A stretch of 64,000 nt of DNA. It comes from an uncultured Chloroflexia bacterium. GTDB taxonomy: Bacteria; Chloroflexota; Anaerolineae; CG2-30-64-16. The stretch lies in contig CAVOHP010000014.1 in assembly GCA_963695715.1 (NCBI GenBank), forward strand, positions 154,612 to 218,611, written 5' to 3'. Below the pieces are notes generated by a model that was given only the letters and a program-made list of their open reading frames with translations, had not been told where the DNA came from and did no database searches. The translations under genes were made by a program, and so were the position numbers. Positions 63,945-64,000 of this stretch are shown here, one piece after another (position 1 is the stretch's first letter; each line of letters starts with the position of its first letter).

Positions 63945-64000
63945 GGCGCTTGCCTGATATCAACTCAGGGTTACTTTGTAGTGAAGGCTCCAGCCGTTCG

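Noticed and set aside
1-64000. CRISPR arrays, transposases, integrases, prophage blocks
   Set aside because: No short regularly spaced direct repeats and no recombinase-like ORFs were found. The only repeats are intragenic tandem duplications (SBP gene, LTD gene) and the two-copy intergenic element.

Overview
High-GC (~65%) bacterial chromosomal segment. Pro/Thr-rich interdomain linkers, lamin-tail-domain (LTD) proteins and multihaem cytochromes suggest, by inference only, a Chloroflexota-like organism. About 55 genes are recognisable. They include a NarL-type two-component pair, an intact decahaem c-type cytochrome with a PT-rich linker, and an aldehyde:ferredoxin oxidoreductase gene that is heavily frameshifted (several frame changes). 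There is also a nucleoside hydrolase, a creatininase-family protein, an amino-acid ABC module whose lipoprotein carries a recent tandem duplication of its whole binding domain, and a NPP/5'-nucleotidase fusion. A long minus-strand string follows: two HtrA-like proteases, a LuxR response regulator, a metallophosphoesterase, HDAC-family, fused spermidine synthase, mutM, ECF sigma and anti-sigma. Then come tRNA-Leu(CAA), two paralogous secreted/transmembrane proteins sharing an unrecognised C-terminal domain (one with tandem cNMP-binding domains), and a sugar/polyol catabolic cluster (SorC, mannitol-DH family, MDR dehydrogenase, PfkB kinase, xylose-isomerase-like). After that are OsmC, an SPFH protein, a lower-GC gene-poor island, a ~1,480-codon multi-LTD protein directly downstream of a second decahaem cytochrome built from two pentahaem modules, and then def, an ABC ATPase and lepB. 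No CRISPR array, transposase or integrase was seen. The major caveat is that roughly half of the genes are split by what look like single-nucleotide frame changes, often in homopolymers, so systematic indel errors in the assembly are as likely as real pseudogenisation. Gene extents below are given across the inferred frameshifts. All homology calls are motif-based readings of the supplied translations, not database searches.
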